From: Octopus sinensis
Lineage: Eukaryota
Assembly (NCBI RefSeq): GCF_006345805.1
Contig: NC_043000.1
Span: 149,420,001-149,484,000 of the forward strand
Direction of reading: 5' to 3'
DNA: 64,000 bases
The notes below the pieces were generated by a model. The model searched no databases and had not been told where the DNA came from. It saw only the letters and a list, made by a program, of their open reading frames with translations. This document shows, one piece after another, positions 51,931 through 64,000 of this stretch (positions are counted from its first letter, which is position 1; each line of letters starts with the position of its first letter). The position numbers and the translations under genes were made by a program.

Positions 51931-53190
51931 TGATCTCACTATTTTTTTTCATTTTTACGATAAATTCGTCCGTCTCTGCCTTAATTTTTATTTCCTCTAA
52001 TGTCATAGGTAATTTCCGCACAACATTGCACAAAGTGAATAATTGAGCTCCTTAACATCATCATTCACTGCTGGATATATTCTGAATACTTTCTGAATTG
52101 AACCAATCTCATTGACAAGCATTGTTGGTAATATAAAATACATAACTCAATATCTACCAAGAGGTTCTAATGACTATGCAAATTACATGACTATGTTCTC
52201 TATTCTGATATTATGATAGTGAATGTAATATGTCTCGTCACAAAAATACACTGGTATCAATATATAGTAACTATACAAAACTTGTAGCCACATCCTATAA
52301 ATAGATGGTTCTGTAGGTAACAGCTTTTTAATAGATATATACCAATGAACCTTATCAATGAGCTTTTCAGCTGATGTTTTAGTCTCAGGTAATCAGTTTA
52401 ACTTAGTTCTTTGTAAATATGTATATAGTCAGCTTACTTTCTATAAAATCAGCTCCACTTTCTTAGTTTCAAGATATTCTTGAATTTCTATAAAGATTCT
52501 GTAATTTTTTCTGGGCTGTTAAGTACTGCTGTGGAGGCAGGTGGCTTAGTGGTTAAGGTGTTGCACCCATGATTTGTAAGATTGTGGTTTCAATTCTTGG
52601 ACTGTATTATGTGTTGTGCTCTTGAGCAAAACGCATCATTTCATGTTGTTCCAGTCCATTCAGCTGGCAAAAATGAACATTCCTGTGACGAACAATCATC
52701 CTATCCAGGGGTGAGTATATATGCCTTTGAATCTAGGAAACTGCCCCAATAATTCTATATGACCAAGGAAGGAGCTGTAAGTGCTGTCCAGGTAGCTTCT
52801 TGATACAAACTTCAAATATTTTACTGTGATGCGTTAGAAATTTTCCATGAAATAAAAGAAAATATAAACACTATTTTCTTTTGTAGTAAATTTGCAATCA
52901 ATAAAGTCCATAACCCACCTTATTGTGGATTATATTTTATAAATTATAAGTTTGATTTCTGCTTTGATTGTTAGGTCTTCTTTCAGTTTGTTACCAGCCC
53001 AATACTTGAATATCTCTGCCAGCACTATACTACAAATTATCTAGCAGCCGACCGACCGACTGACTGACCAACCATGTTTGTCAAATATCAACAATAACAC
53101 TTCTTAAGATAAATGAATTTTCAGAAACATCTAACCATATTTGGAAAAGAAAAAAAAGAAATTAAATGTAAAAGATATAAAATAACTCAC

Positions 53191-53275
53191 CTTGAGCTTT
53201 CAATGTCATAATTACAATACATGAAATTATTCCTAACATGGAAATAATCACACACCGCTTCTGAATTGGTCTCAT
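53191..53275 (-). CDS. HtrL/YibB-like gene, first coding exon (signal anchor); the exon extends to 53280
   Basis: tttttttttag|GTAAAATG...CAAG|gtgagt; encodes MRPIQKRCVIISMLGIISCIVIMTLKAQ(G), a basic tail plus hydrophobic helix; phase 1. The acceptor implies an upstream non-coding exon. Confidence 0.85.
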
Positions 53276-53729
53276 TTTACCTAAAAAAAAATATCAAGGA
53301 AACTTGGAAAATTACTCTGACATGATTTAAGCTTGTTTATTATTTAATTATTATTTAGCTAAAAATTGTTGCCAACTATTTTCGAAATCACATCCAATCA
53401 TCTTTCAATTAAAAAAGGCATAAAAAATGTAATTCTAAATACTTCCCTAACTAAAAAGATGGAATTGCTATGACTAGAACACTTTTGGTCATAGTTCTGC
53501 AGGACTGGAATTGACCAGAGGTTAAACAACAACTACTGAGGTTCATTTTGCCTTTCGTCTATCAACGGTTGATAACATGAATAGTAGTTGAGCACTGAAG
53601 TCGATGTAATAGACTTACCCCACCCCAAAATATGCTGGCCTCATGCTAACATTTGAAATCAGTATTTATACCAATGAACAAGTATTTGTATTTCATTTAA
53701 TTATTGAAGTAAGTGTAATATTTGTTTAA

Positions 53730-53950
53730 CCCTTTCGTGTTCACATTATTCTGCCAAAATTAATCCTTTTTCATTCACTTTGTTTTGAACTAATCATGCA
53801 TTATCTTGTAGCGATGAGATTTTGATGAGGTAATTCTTAATTTTTAAAACGATATTGTAGGGTTGGTGTGAGAGACCACATCTGGACAGTTTGCACATAA
53901 AACAGGCAGAATACTTTTGGCCGGATATGGCCAGTTTAAATGCTAAAGGG
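53730..53950. mobile_element. piggyBac-type MITE
   Basis: TTAA|CCCTTT ... AAAGGG|TTAA. Confidence 0.75.
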
Positions 53951-54329
53951 TTAATTCAGAGTGTGTCGACTGAAGTAAAAACTCTTGGTTCAGAAAAATC
54001 AGTTATCCAGAAAGGTTTTGGAACCAAAAGTTCCGAAAAATCAATGTTGCACCTGTATGAGAAAAACAGATTCCAAATTTTATTTTGGTTCGTAGGAGCA
54101 ACTGCCTTTCGAAGCCTCATATTGTCGTTAACTACTCGAAATGAGGAGTAGATGGACAGCCGACAACTGATAAAGGGTCGTCCTTTATGTTACCTGTCTT
54201 GTTTTCCATTTGTTTCTCTCATTGTTTGCAAGTTTGTCTTCGTATTTCATGTTGTTTACGTTTTGTGATGTCCTGTACCCATATATGCATATATATATAC
54301 TTATGCGTATGTATGTATGTACATACGTA

Positions 54330-54560
<231 letters not shown>

Positions 54561-54879
54561 ATATAATGCTACGCATCTATTTCCAAGTAAGTTCATCTTA
54601 ATAATTTTGATGCGACTCTACTCTGTACTGTTTTCTCTCTCTTCCTTTCTCTAATTCTTTTTCTCTTCTTTTTCCCTTTTGTTTTCTCTCTCCTTTCTCT
54701 AATTCTTTTTTCCTTTCACCGTTTTCTATCTCTCTCCCTCTCTCTTTCTCCTTTACTCTCTCATTGCTCATAAGTGACCATCGTCCATCTTTCTTTTCCT
54801 CATGTGATCATCTTTGTTTTCCTTCAGTCTGAACTTCCGGCGGTGTATATTTCAGTTGTCACTGTTATTTATTACAACC

Positions 54880-54969
54880 TTAACTCTAAAACCTTAACCC
54901 TAACCCTAACCCTAACACCCTAACCCTAAAACCCTAACCCTAACCCTAGAACCTTAAAGCTAAAACCAA
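54880..54969 (-). repeat. Short degenerate interstitial (TTAGGG)n tract
   Basis: taaccctaaccctaaccctaacaccctaaccctaaaaccctaaccctaaccc. Confidence 0.85.
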
Positions 54970-55383
54970 TACAAACGCACGAACGATGTCATAAATAACG
55001 GTGACAAACGAAAAATACTCCGCCGATAGTTGTTGTTGACAAACCACGGCAGTAATTTTATTCAGCTGAATACACGTCATTGATTGGTTGAAATTACCGA
55101 AACACGAGAACTTCAACACGAAACAAGGTTGTAAACATAAACTTTTCTCAAAAATGCTAAGAGTAAAAGGTGTTTCATATGACACATTCTACCAGTATAC
55201 GAAGTTTGAAAGTGTTTAGTTACAAAAAGTTATTTTTTAAATCTGTAGATCAAAAGGTAAAGATCCAAATATCTATACATATACTCATATCTACTCATGT
55301 GTACCCGTTTGCATGCTCATATATGTATACACACACATATATACATACATATATGCATACATACATACATACATACAACATAC

Positions 55384-55419
<36 letters not shown>

Positions 55420-55451
55420 GTATGCATGTATGTATGTATACATATATATAG

Positions 55452-55520
<69 letters not shown>

Positions 55521-55525
55521 ATATA

Positions 55526-56621
55526 CTAGCAGTTAAACCCGCTTTCACCCGGTCTGTTTGGATGATGTGGCTGTGATCGCTTTCGGTTAGGCATAATCTA
55601 TAACAGCGCTTCTCAACCTTATCATTTCGGGTCCCCTGTTTCGAGTGGACCCTCCAGCTGTATGAAAATTTCCTGACCCCCACTGCCCCTTGTCAGAAAA
55701 CAGCTTCAGGAGTTGTGAAGAAAGAATTTGTACGTAGTCTGTTTCTGAGAGCTATTGTATTGGACATCTGTCTAATCATTAAAACATTGATGTAATTATG
55801 AACATAGGAAGAAATTATACATCAATCCCTATTTTTGTAAGCAGTTGTATCTGTAAAAATTTTATTTGCAGATGGCAGAAATTGAAAGAAGATATGTGAA
55901 ATGGACGTGTGTGTATGTGTGTGTGTGTGTGTTGTGTGTGTGTGTGTGCGTGCTTGCTTGCGCGTGTGTATGTGAGAGAGAAAGAGGGTGAGAAAAAGAG
56001 AGATAGAGTGAGTGAAGAGAAAATATCTTCGCAGAAAACACCTTCAGGAGTTGCGAAGAGAAAATTTGTACGTAGTCTGTTTCTGAGAACTATTCTATTG
56101 GACCTCTGTCTAATCACGTCTTTTAAGGTACACACGCATACGTAGAAAATGTGAGGTCATGGTAGAAGTTTTGGCTGGCTGTCATCCTGTAGTCCCCTTG
56201 TTGCTAGCCGAATAGTATATGGCGGCTGTGTGAGCAACTGGTTGTTTTAATGGGTGAAGAAAGAGGGGAAGAAGTTTTAATCGATTTTCTCTGTAAGTAT
56301 GGGTGCAAGGAAAAAATAGAAGAGGCATTAAGAAGTTGACGTTAAGAATTGCTTTAACAGTTAGAAAATGTTTGACATTTCAATCATCACCAAAAAATGA
56401 AACTGTAAGAATTTACAAGGAAATTGTGTGTAAGAAGTAAAGCGGAAATGATTTTTAACTGTAAAGTATGGAAGAAGTCATTGTTATACGTTTATAGAAA
56501 AAATAGACACGTAACTTTTTTGAGAACAAAATGTAGGTGAGCGCTATTGTATTAGACGTCTGTGTAATCAAAGAGCAGAAATTGAAAGAAGATATATGAA
56601 ATGGACGTGTGTGTGTGTGTG

Positions 56622-56664
<43 letters not shown>

Positions 56665-57335
56665 TTTGATAGGGTGTGCGATATGGGCGAGAGAGTTAAC
56701 TGAAATTTTGTTATTCACTTGTAGTGAGAGAATGTGTGAGTGAGTAACAGAGAAAAGGAGAGAGAGGTTATGTATGTTGGCAGGGGAATTCCATTAGAAA
56801 AGTTTTAATTGATTTTCTCGGTAACTATGGGGACTAGGAAAAATACAAACTGCATTCCAATCTGTGCACCCGTCTCCACATGTGTGCCATTTTTCACGCG
56901 AATCCACCCAGCTGTTTGGCTGTGAACCTCAAGACAAGAAGGAATACAACGCTCACCTTTGTCCAATTTATATATGTCTTACTAGCAGCTAAGCCCGGTT
57001 TCACCCGGTCTGTTTGGATGATGTGGCTGTGATCGTTTTCGGTTAGGCATAATCTATAACTGCGTTTCTCAACCTTATCATTTCGTATCCCATGTGACTC
57101 CCCACCCCGTCAGAAAACAGCTTCAGGAGTTGTGAAGAAGTGATTTGTACGTAGCCTGTTTCTGAGAGCTGTTGTATTGGACCCCTGTCTAATCATTAAA
57201 ACATTAATTAATTATTAACATCGAAAGAAATTATACATTAATCCCTATTTTTGTAAGCAGTTTTATCCATAAAAATTTTATTTGCAGAGAGCAGAAATTG
57301 AAAGAAGATATGTAAAATGGTCGTGTGTGTGTGTA

Positions 57336-57367
<32 letters not shown>

Positions 57368-58049
57368 CGTGCGTGCTTGCTTGTGCGTGTGTATGTGAGA
57401 GAGAAAGAGGGTGAGAAAGAGAGATAGATTGAGTGAGTGAAGATGTGTCGTGATGATTGACGACTTTTAAGGTACACACACATACATAGGAAATGTGAGG
57501 TCATCGTAGAGAAGTTTTATGATAGTTAATTTATGGAAAAGATTATGTTAAATTTTTGAAATGCAAATATGTGAATGAAAATTAAGTTCATACCTCTACA
57601 TGGTAGCTAAACCTGGTATAAATAGCAACCAAATCTCCCCATGTCTTAATCCGACAATTGTGCCTGTCATGTAGTTTGAATGAGAAACTGTAACTAAAGA
57701 TTAAGATTATTAACCCCACAAAGAGGTAAAAGAAGAGAGACAGCATGGCGAAAGTTTTGGCGCACTGTCATCCAGTACTCCCCTTCTTGCTAGCGAAATG
57801 ATATATACCGGCTGTGTGAGCAACTGGTTGCTTTAATGGTGGAACAAACAGGGGAATTCCATTAGAAAAGTTTTGATCGATTTTCTCAGTAAGTATGGGG
57901 GCTAGGAAAAAAATACAAACCGCATTCCAATCTGTGCATCTGTCTCCACATGTGTGCCATTTTTCATGTGAATCCACCAAGCCGTTTGGTTGTGAACCTC
58001 AAGACAAGAAAGAATACAACCATCGCCCATGTCCAATTTATATTATAGA
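55526..58049 (-). mobile_element. Two head-to-tail non-autonomous Helitrons, family 3 (55526-56976 and 56982-58049)
   Basis: Both end (minus strand) in a CCGGGTGAAA..CGGG-type hairpin plus CTAG|T. The second starts A|TCTATAATAT. Internal blocks are shared. Confidence 0.75.
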
Positions 58050-58924
58050 TATATTATATTTACTACCAAAACTAATACCCACTTGAACATCACCCCACCC
58101 TTACCTTCTTTCTACCTTTTCTATGCCCATCCCTTAATGCAGCTCTACCACACCACCCCTGCTCACATACCTGACACTCTTTTACTCCTTACCCTCTTGT
58201 CTTCATGCAGGCCTCTATGCCTTCATAATCCAAAACTAAAATACTCATCTATATAAGTCTAATTAACTGGGAAACAAATTAAACACTTACACACAAATAG
58301 TCACCCCGCAAACCCACTCGCCCCAACATTCTATAATAATACACTTTACAAATACATAGATCCTCCTCCTAATCTCTAGCAATGAAACAATTATTAACCA
58401 TAACACATTTTCAAACCACCCACAATTTTGTATGAGTTAGCTCCCATTTCACCCTGTTAGAGTTATCCTCTTCACCTACACCACCGGTGACAACTAATCG
58501 TAAAGTATTAAAAAATGAATACACACGTGCGAAAAGATGTGCTTAATTAAACTAGGAAACCCGCACCTAAATAATACTCATCCCGCCCTAATTACCCAAC
58601 GAAACTAACCAATCTACCATAAGCAAACCTTTACCCAGCGAATTTACCAGCGCAAGAACAAAATTTAATGTAAGAATTACTACTTTATTTGCATTACCAT
58701 CACATATGTATCAATAAATACACATATATATACGCACATATATACACATACTCATACATACATGTATGCGTTTGTATATTCATATATGTATATATACGTA
58801 TATACATACACACACATGTATATATATATATAATTAAATGATTGTGATCCTAAAGTAATAATTGGGGAGTTAGATAAGGATTCGAATTTAAAATGGAGAT
58901 TCATAAGGTTGTTGGGGATTACCT

Positions 58925-59190
58925 ACGGTGTATTGTGGAAATATACCGTGTGGTTATCGAGGCATTCAGATGTGTGGTAGAATTTGAATGTATGAAAAAA
59001 GCGGTGGTTGCATGTGCTTGGGGCCTCATTATGTTTATTTAGTAGTGTTGAAGAGTTGTGCTTTAATATGTGGAGTGCCTCCTTCAGGCAAAACTTGCAG
59101 GTTGAGCGTTGGCCTTGGCAAGAAAGCCCTGAGTCTAATATGGACCATGACAAAGTATAGGGTATATTTGTATTTTTGAGATGATGTATG
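58925..59190 (-). mobile_element. Penelope-like GIY-YIG C-terminal fragment
   Basis: HHLKN..LSWSILD..CKFCLKEALHIL..LLNKHNE..CNH in ORF 58923-59414. Confidence 0.7.
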
Positions 59191-59194
59191 TGAC

Positions 59195-59816
59195 ATCTCT
59201 GCCAGGTCATAATGTCTCCAAAGAAAAGATCCTCCATTGGTCGAAACACGGCAGTATCAGAGAAATTGAAAAGGAGATCAAATGAATCGTCGCATAAGAC
59301 TTCAATTAGGCAATCACAAAATGCTGCATGCACAGCTACTGCAAGAGCCATGGAAAACGATGAGCAGCGTAGTATTCGCCTGACCAGGAATGCTGTATTA
59401 ACAGTTTCAGTCAATCCCCCACGCCCATTATCACGTCATTTCTTTCATGTAGATTTCTCTCGTGTGGTGCTGTTGAGCGCGCCACAGGTTTAGTTTATCG
59501 CATAGATGTAGTTCTATGTCTTCTGATTGTTCAGCGTGGTAGCGGCAGCTCCGACAGCCGCAATGGAGAGTTTTTCCACTGAGTTTTTTTGTACGTTAAA
59601 AAATCACATACCCCAACCCACTTTTCCGTGACAAGGTTAGGGTCAGGAATCTTCCACGCAGAGGCATGACATATCACATTAGCCCTTCATTTACTCCACA
59701 AATGTTTTGTTGTTAATGCTGCACTTCCTCGTATCACATGTTTCAACTTAATAGTATCATATATACAAACTATACCATTTAAATCCCGAGCAACGCTGGG
59801 TGTGTCTGCGAGTAGA

Positions 59817-59851
<35 letters not shown>

Positions 59852-59896
59852 TAGCAGACACACCCAGCATTGTTCGGGATTTAAATGGTATAGTTT
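59195..59896 (+). mobile_element. Internally deleted Helitron retaining the ORF start; an inverted copy of its 3' end lies across a TA tract
   Basis: MSPKKRSSIGRNT..ARAMENDEQRSIRL resembles RepHel N-termini. The cccgagcaacgctggg hairpin end near 59785-59813 is mirrored at 59851-59896. Confidence 0.55.
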
Positions 59897-60116
59897 GTGT
59901 GTGTGTGTGTATATATACATACACACACATATATGATATATATAGTGTATGTGTGTATGTATGTATGTATGTATGTATGTATGTATGTATGTATGTATGT
60001 ATGTATGTATGTATGTATGTATGTATCTATCTATCTATCTGTCTGTTGTCTGTCTGACTGTCTGTCTATCTATCTATCAATCAATCTATCTATCTATCTA
60101 TCTATCTATGTATATA

Positions 60117-60171
<55 letters not shown>

Positions 60172-60265
60172 TATAGGGAGAATTCACAAAAAAAAACAAA
60201 AGACGAAGACAGGTGGTGTAGAAAACAAACAGATATATTAATATAACGCTCGAGAATTGAAAAAG

Positions 60266-60303
60266 TCTTTAACGTTTCGAGCCTACGCTCTTCCACAGAA
60301 AGA
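60266..60303 (-). ncRNA. Minimal type I hammerhead-like motif (A6U core variant) in a ~175-bp element (60176-60351) between TA tracts
   Basis: Minus strand: tcttt-CTGTGGA-a-GAGC-gtag-GCTC-GAAA-CG-TT-aaaga. Confidence 0.7.
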
Positions 60304-60364
60304 AACAAGGAGAGAAAAAATGTGTGTAGTGGCTAACGATCTATCATGGCGATATATATATATG

Positions 60365-61905
60365 GTGGTTGTCTCCTCCTTGTGCATAGTGTGACCACCT
60401 CTTTTGCCTACACTTTAGATTCATCATGGCGTCTTATGTGGCTTTTTAACCCAGACAATGCATTGAAAAGACACCCACAACATAGATAGCGTATCCGATT
60501 TAGACCACTAAGAACTGATCTTTGTATATTTTAAAATGTTTCTTGAGGACTCCGTTAGAATTGCAGACCGTATGACATATACAGCATTCGAAGGCGTGCA
60601 CAGATATATAGGAGGATGGAGATTCGTTTTTCATGGGTCCTGAAATGAGATTTGAGCCCAGCAAAAGAAAGGTATGGCCTGTCACAAACTGCTTACAAAA
60701 AGGTCACTGAGATACACCGTCTCGATCGCAGCATTCTTTTTTAAATCTCTCTTGAGTCTTGCATATGTTATCCTGGCCTCCTCAAACTCTTTCACCCCAC
60801 TCTACACTTTTGTTCGCCATCCAGCTCAATCCGAAGTAAGGGTTTCTATGGCCTTTGGATCCATTCCAAGTGACTTCGTGGTGGTGGAAGCACTCCGTCG
60901 GTTACGACGATGAGGGTTCCGGTTGATCCGAATCAACGGAACAGCCTGCTCGTGAAATTAACGTGTAAGTGGTTGAGCACTCCACAGACACGTGCACCCT
61001 TAACGTAGTTCTCGGGGATATTCAGCGTGACACAGAGAGTGACAAGGCCGGCCCTTTGAAATACAGGTACAACAGAAACAGGAAGTAAGAGTGAGAGAAA
61101 GTTGTGGTGAAAGAGTACAGCAGGGATCACCACCATCCCCTGCCGGAGCCTCGTGGAGCTTTTTTAGGTGTTTTCGCTCAATAAACACTCACGACGCCCG
61201 GTCTGGGAATCGAAACCACGATCCTATGACCGCGAGTCCACTGCCCTAACCACTATATACCGTCCTTAAACCTCTTTTTAAGTTTACACCGATTGCGTTT
61301 CCCCTCTGCAAGCTCGCCACACAACTGCTGTTTGAGTGTGCGTTCATTAAGCCATTCGAACAGTATGGCCAGACCATCTCGTTTCATTTTTCAGAATCAT
61401 TGATTTAATTGAAGTGATGCCTGTGTCTAGATCAGTGCTTTTCAACATTTTTGCTGGAGCGGAACCCCAAGGAAACATTCCACTGGCTCGAGGAACCCCT
61501 GTGCAATAATTTAATTGTCTTATGCCCACATATCTGCACAGGAGAACTAAAAATTACTGCCGATTTTAGCAGTTTTGTAACTTCTTGCGGAACCCCTGGA
61601 CTGTACTGGCGAAACCCTGGTTGAAAACCACTGGTCTAGAGTAAAAAAGCCCGATTTAATGTTTAAAATGCGGCGAAGGCAGTTTTGTTGGAATCGTTCT
61701 AACAATTTGAAATGTCTTTCATTACATGTCCATGTTTCAGAAGAATACAACAGGGATGGTAAAAGACAAACGATTTGTAACGAGCCATTTTTGTGTTGTT
61801 ATTTATATGTCGTTGGTGCCAAACGCGTGATTCTAAACCACCAAATGCTTGTGCTGCCTTTTGAATTCGCAGATGTATTTCTGTGTCCAGATTTCCATCA
61901 TTTTG
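60365..61905 (-). mobile_element. Decayed RTE/BovB-like LINE 3' part with nested SINE and MITE
   Basis: DTEIHLRIQKAAQAFG, YSSETWT..LERFQQNCLRRILNI, RWSGHTVRM. Confidence 0.8.
61433..61633. mobile_element. hAT-type MITE
   Basis: TIRs cagtgcttttcaac / gttgaaaaccactg; 8-bp TSD gtctagat / gtctagag. Confidence 0.85.
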
Positions 61906-62336
61906 TATAGATAGGCGCAGGAGTGGCTGTGTGGTAAGTAGCTTGCTAACCAACCACATGGTTCCGGGTTCAGTCCCACTGCGTGGCATCTTGGGCAAGT
62001 GTCTTCTGCTATAGCCCCGGGCCGACCAATGCCTTGTGAGTGGATTTGGTAGACGGAAACTGAAAGAAACCTGTCGTATATATGTATATATATATATATG
62101 TGTGTGTGTATGTGTTTGTGTGTCTGTGTTTGTCCCCCTAGCATTGCTTGACAACCGATGCTGGTGTGTTTACGTCCCCGTCACTTAGTGGTTTGGCAAA
62201 AGAGACCAATAGAATAAGTACTGGGCTTACAAAGAATAAGTCCCGGGGTCGATTTGCTCGACTAAAGGCGGTGCTCCAGCATGGCCGCAGTCAAATGACT
62301 GAAACAAGTAAAAGAGAAAGAGAAAAAGAGAATATA

Positions 62337-62569
62337 TAGGGTTGGCCAAAAGTCACCTGACAGTAAATCAAAACTATTTAATTCCAAGCTTTATTTATGT
62401 TTAACAACTGAATGAATTTAATAAAAGCATCTAAATATGAAACATCATGAAAATTGTTCAAACTGAAGCCCTTTTTGAGCGACACAATTTACCATCCGAA
62501 TCAATACAGAATTACAGATAGTATTTATGGAATTTTGATTTACTGTCGGCTGACTTTTGGCTAGCCATG
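62337..62569. mobile_element. Tc1/mariner-type MITE
   Basis: ~35-bp imperfect TIRs ggttggccaaaagtcacctgacagtaaatcaaaa / ttttgatttactgtcggctgacttttggctagcc with TA flanks. Confidence 0.8.
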
Positions 62570-62658
62570 TATAATGCACGGGTTGGGATCATTGTGTATA
62601 TTTTTTATTTGCATTCCAAAGTTCATTCTCCTGTCTTCTTTGTCTTAAAATTCTCTGT

Positions 62659-62691
<33 letters not shown>

Positions 62692-62723
62692 CACAACACA
62701 CACACACAACACACACACACAAG

Positions 62724-62755
<32 letters not shown>

Positions 62756-62780
62756 AACACACACACACACAAGCACACAA

Positions 62781-62820
<40 letters not shown>

Positions 62821-63292
62821 ACAAACACACGCACAAACACACACACACACACACACACACAGTACATGGGCTGGAGTAAGAGTAAATCCGTTTATTTTTC
62901 GTATTCGAAAGTTCATTCTCCTCTCTTCTTTGTCTCGACTCGTATTTTTATGTTCATAAATACTGGTGAGCAAATTAATTTTTTTTCCTTTTCCTTATTG
63001 GTAGATCTAATCGATACGTTATGTCTCATCAATATATATTTAATACGGTATATGAATTTGTACTTTCATTCATTCCATTATTGGTTTAAAACTTTGGCCC
63101 AAGGCCAGCGTTTTCGGGGGGAAGGGTTAAGTGGATTACATCCACTCCAGTGCTCAACTTGTTCTCATTTTATCAACCCCGAAAAGATGAAAGGCAAAGT
63201 CGACCTCTGCGGAATTTGAGCTCAGACGAAATGCCGCCAAACATTTTGCCCGGCGTGCTATCAATTCTGCCAGCTCGCCGCCTTTATTTCAA

Positions 63293-63847
63293 TCTTATAA
63301 ATAATTCTGCTTGTTTCTCCATTACTTAGCCCGTCCGTAACGCTTCTACGTGATTAGTTGAAGGGGGTACAAAGGATAGGGAGGGGGAGGTCAATGGGGT
63401 AGGGGTAGGGATGTGCAGGATGGGGAGGGGTTTGGTGTGGGAGGAGGGGGAGATAGGGGAAAGGGAAGTAGTGGTGAGTGAAATGTGTAATCTTTTTGGA
63501 ACTGTTTTTTGCTTCCGTTACTTAGTCCATCAGTAACGTTTTCACGTGACTAGTTGAAGGGAAAGGAGAGAAAAAGAGGGTAAGGTGAAGAGTGAGAAAG
63601 AAAGAGGGAGAGTGTTGTGTATTATGCCTATAAAATTGTGCCCAAAGTATATAAAGTGTATATATAAAGTACATTAAGTAATCATCGTATTCCAATTTCC
63701 TTCACTTTTCAATGATTAACAAATGAGCGATTATCTTTTGATACAGACACAACATAGGCTACGCTTTCCGGCTTTTTGAATAAAGTTTTCAGAAATTATC
63801 CTATGAATTTACCATTAATTGCGTGAAATATTCACGGATCCCACTAG
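63293..63847 (+). mobile_element. Non-autonomous Helitron, family 2
   Basis: A|TCTTATAA start; CGTGAA-ata-TTCACG hairpin followed by CTAG|T. Confidence 0.8.
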
Positions 63848-64000
63848 TATTAATCGTTCTACTTCATATATTCTTTTATATTCCACTATTACCTTCCTAT
63901 TTCTTTATCTATTTCTTTATTGCCCACAAGGAGCTAAATATAGAGGGGACAAACAAGGACAGACAAACGGATTAAGTCGATAACACCGACCCCGAAAGGA

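Noticed and set aside
54880-54969. True telomere or fusion site
   Set aside because: Only a handful of degenerate units in one orientation, with ordinary sequence on both sides.

Overview
AT-rich, microsatellite-dense animal genomic DNA. The SINE/RTE/Penelope repertoire suggests an octopus (inference). About three quarters of the window is decayed mobile elements: RTE, CR1-like and R4/Dong-like LINEs, Penelope-like elements (PLEs), several tRNA-derived SINE families, Tc1/mariner, Chapaev3-like, hAT and piggyBac MITEs, and non-autonomous Helitrons. One host gene can be reconstructed on the minus strand from three phase-compatible coding exons (53191-53275, 37603-37664, 21958-22851). It encodes a ~346-aa type II membrane protein of the HtrL/YibB-like family. 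The main hidden signal is nine type I hammerhead-ribozyme (HHR) motifs with palindromic stem III. Two have intact cores, one of these sits in a 432-bp retrozyme-like repeat unit, and a further pair with an inferred G3-C8 swapped core lies on both arms of a TSD-flanked 353-bp fold-back element. Family assignments come from motif recognition by eye, and many TE boundaries are approximate.
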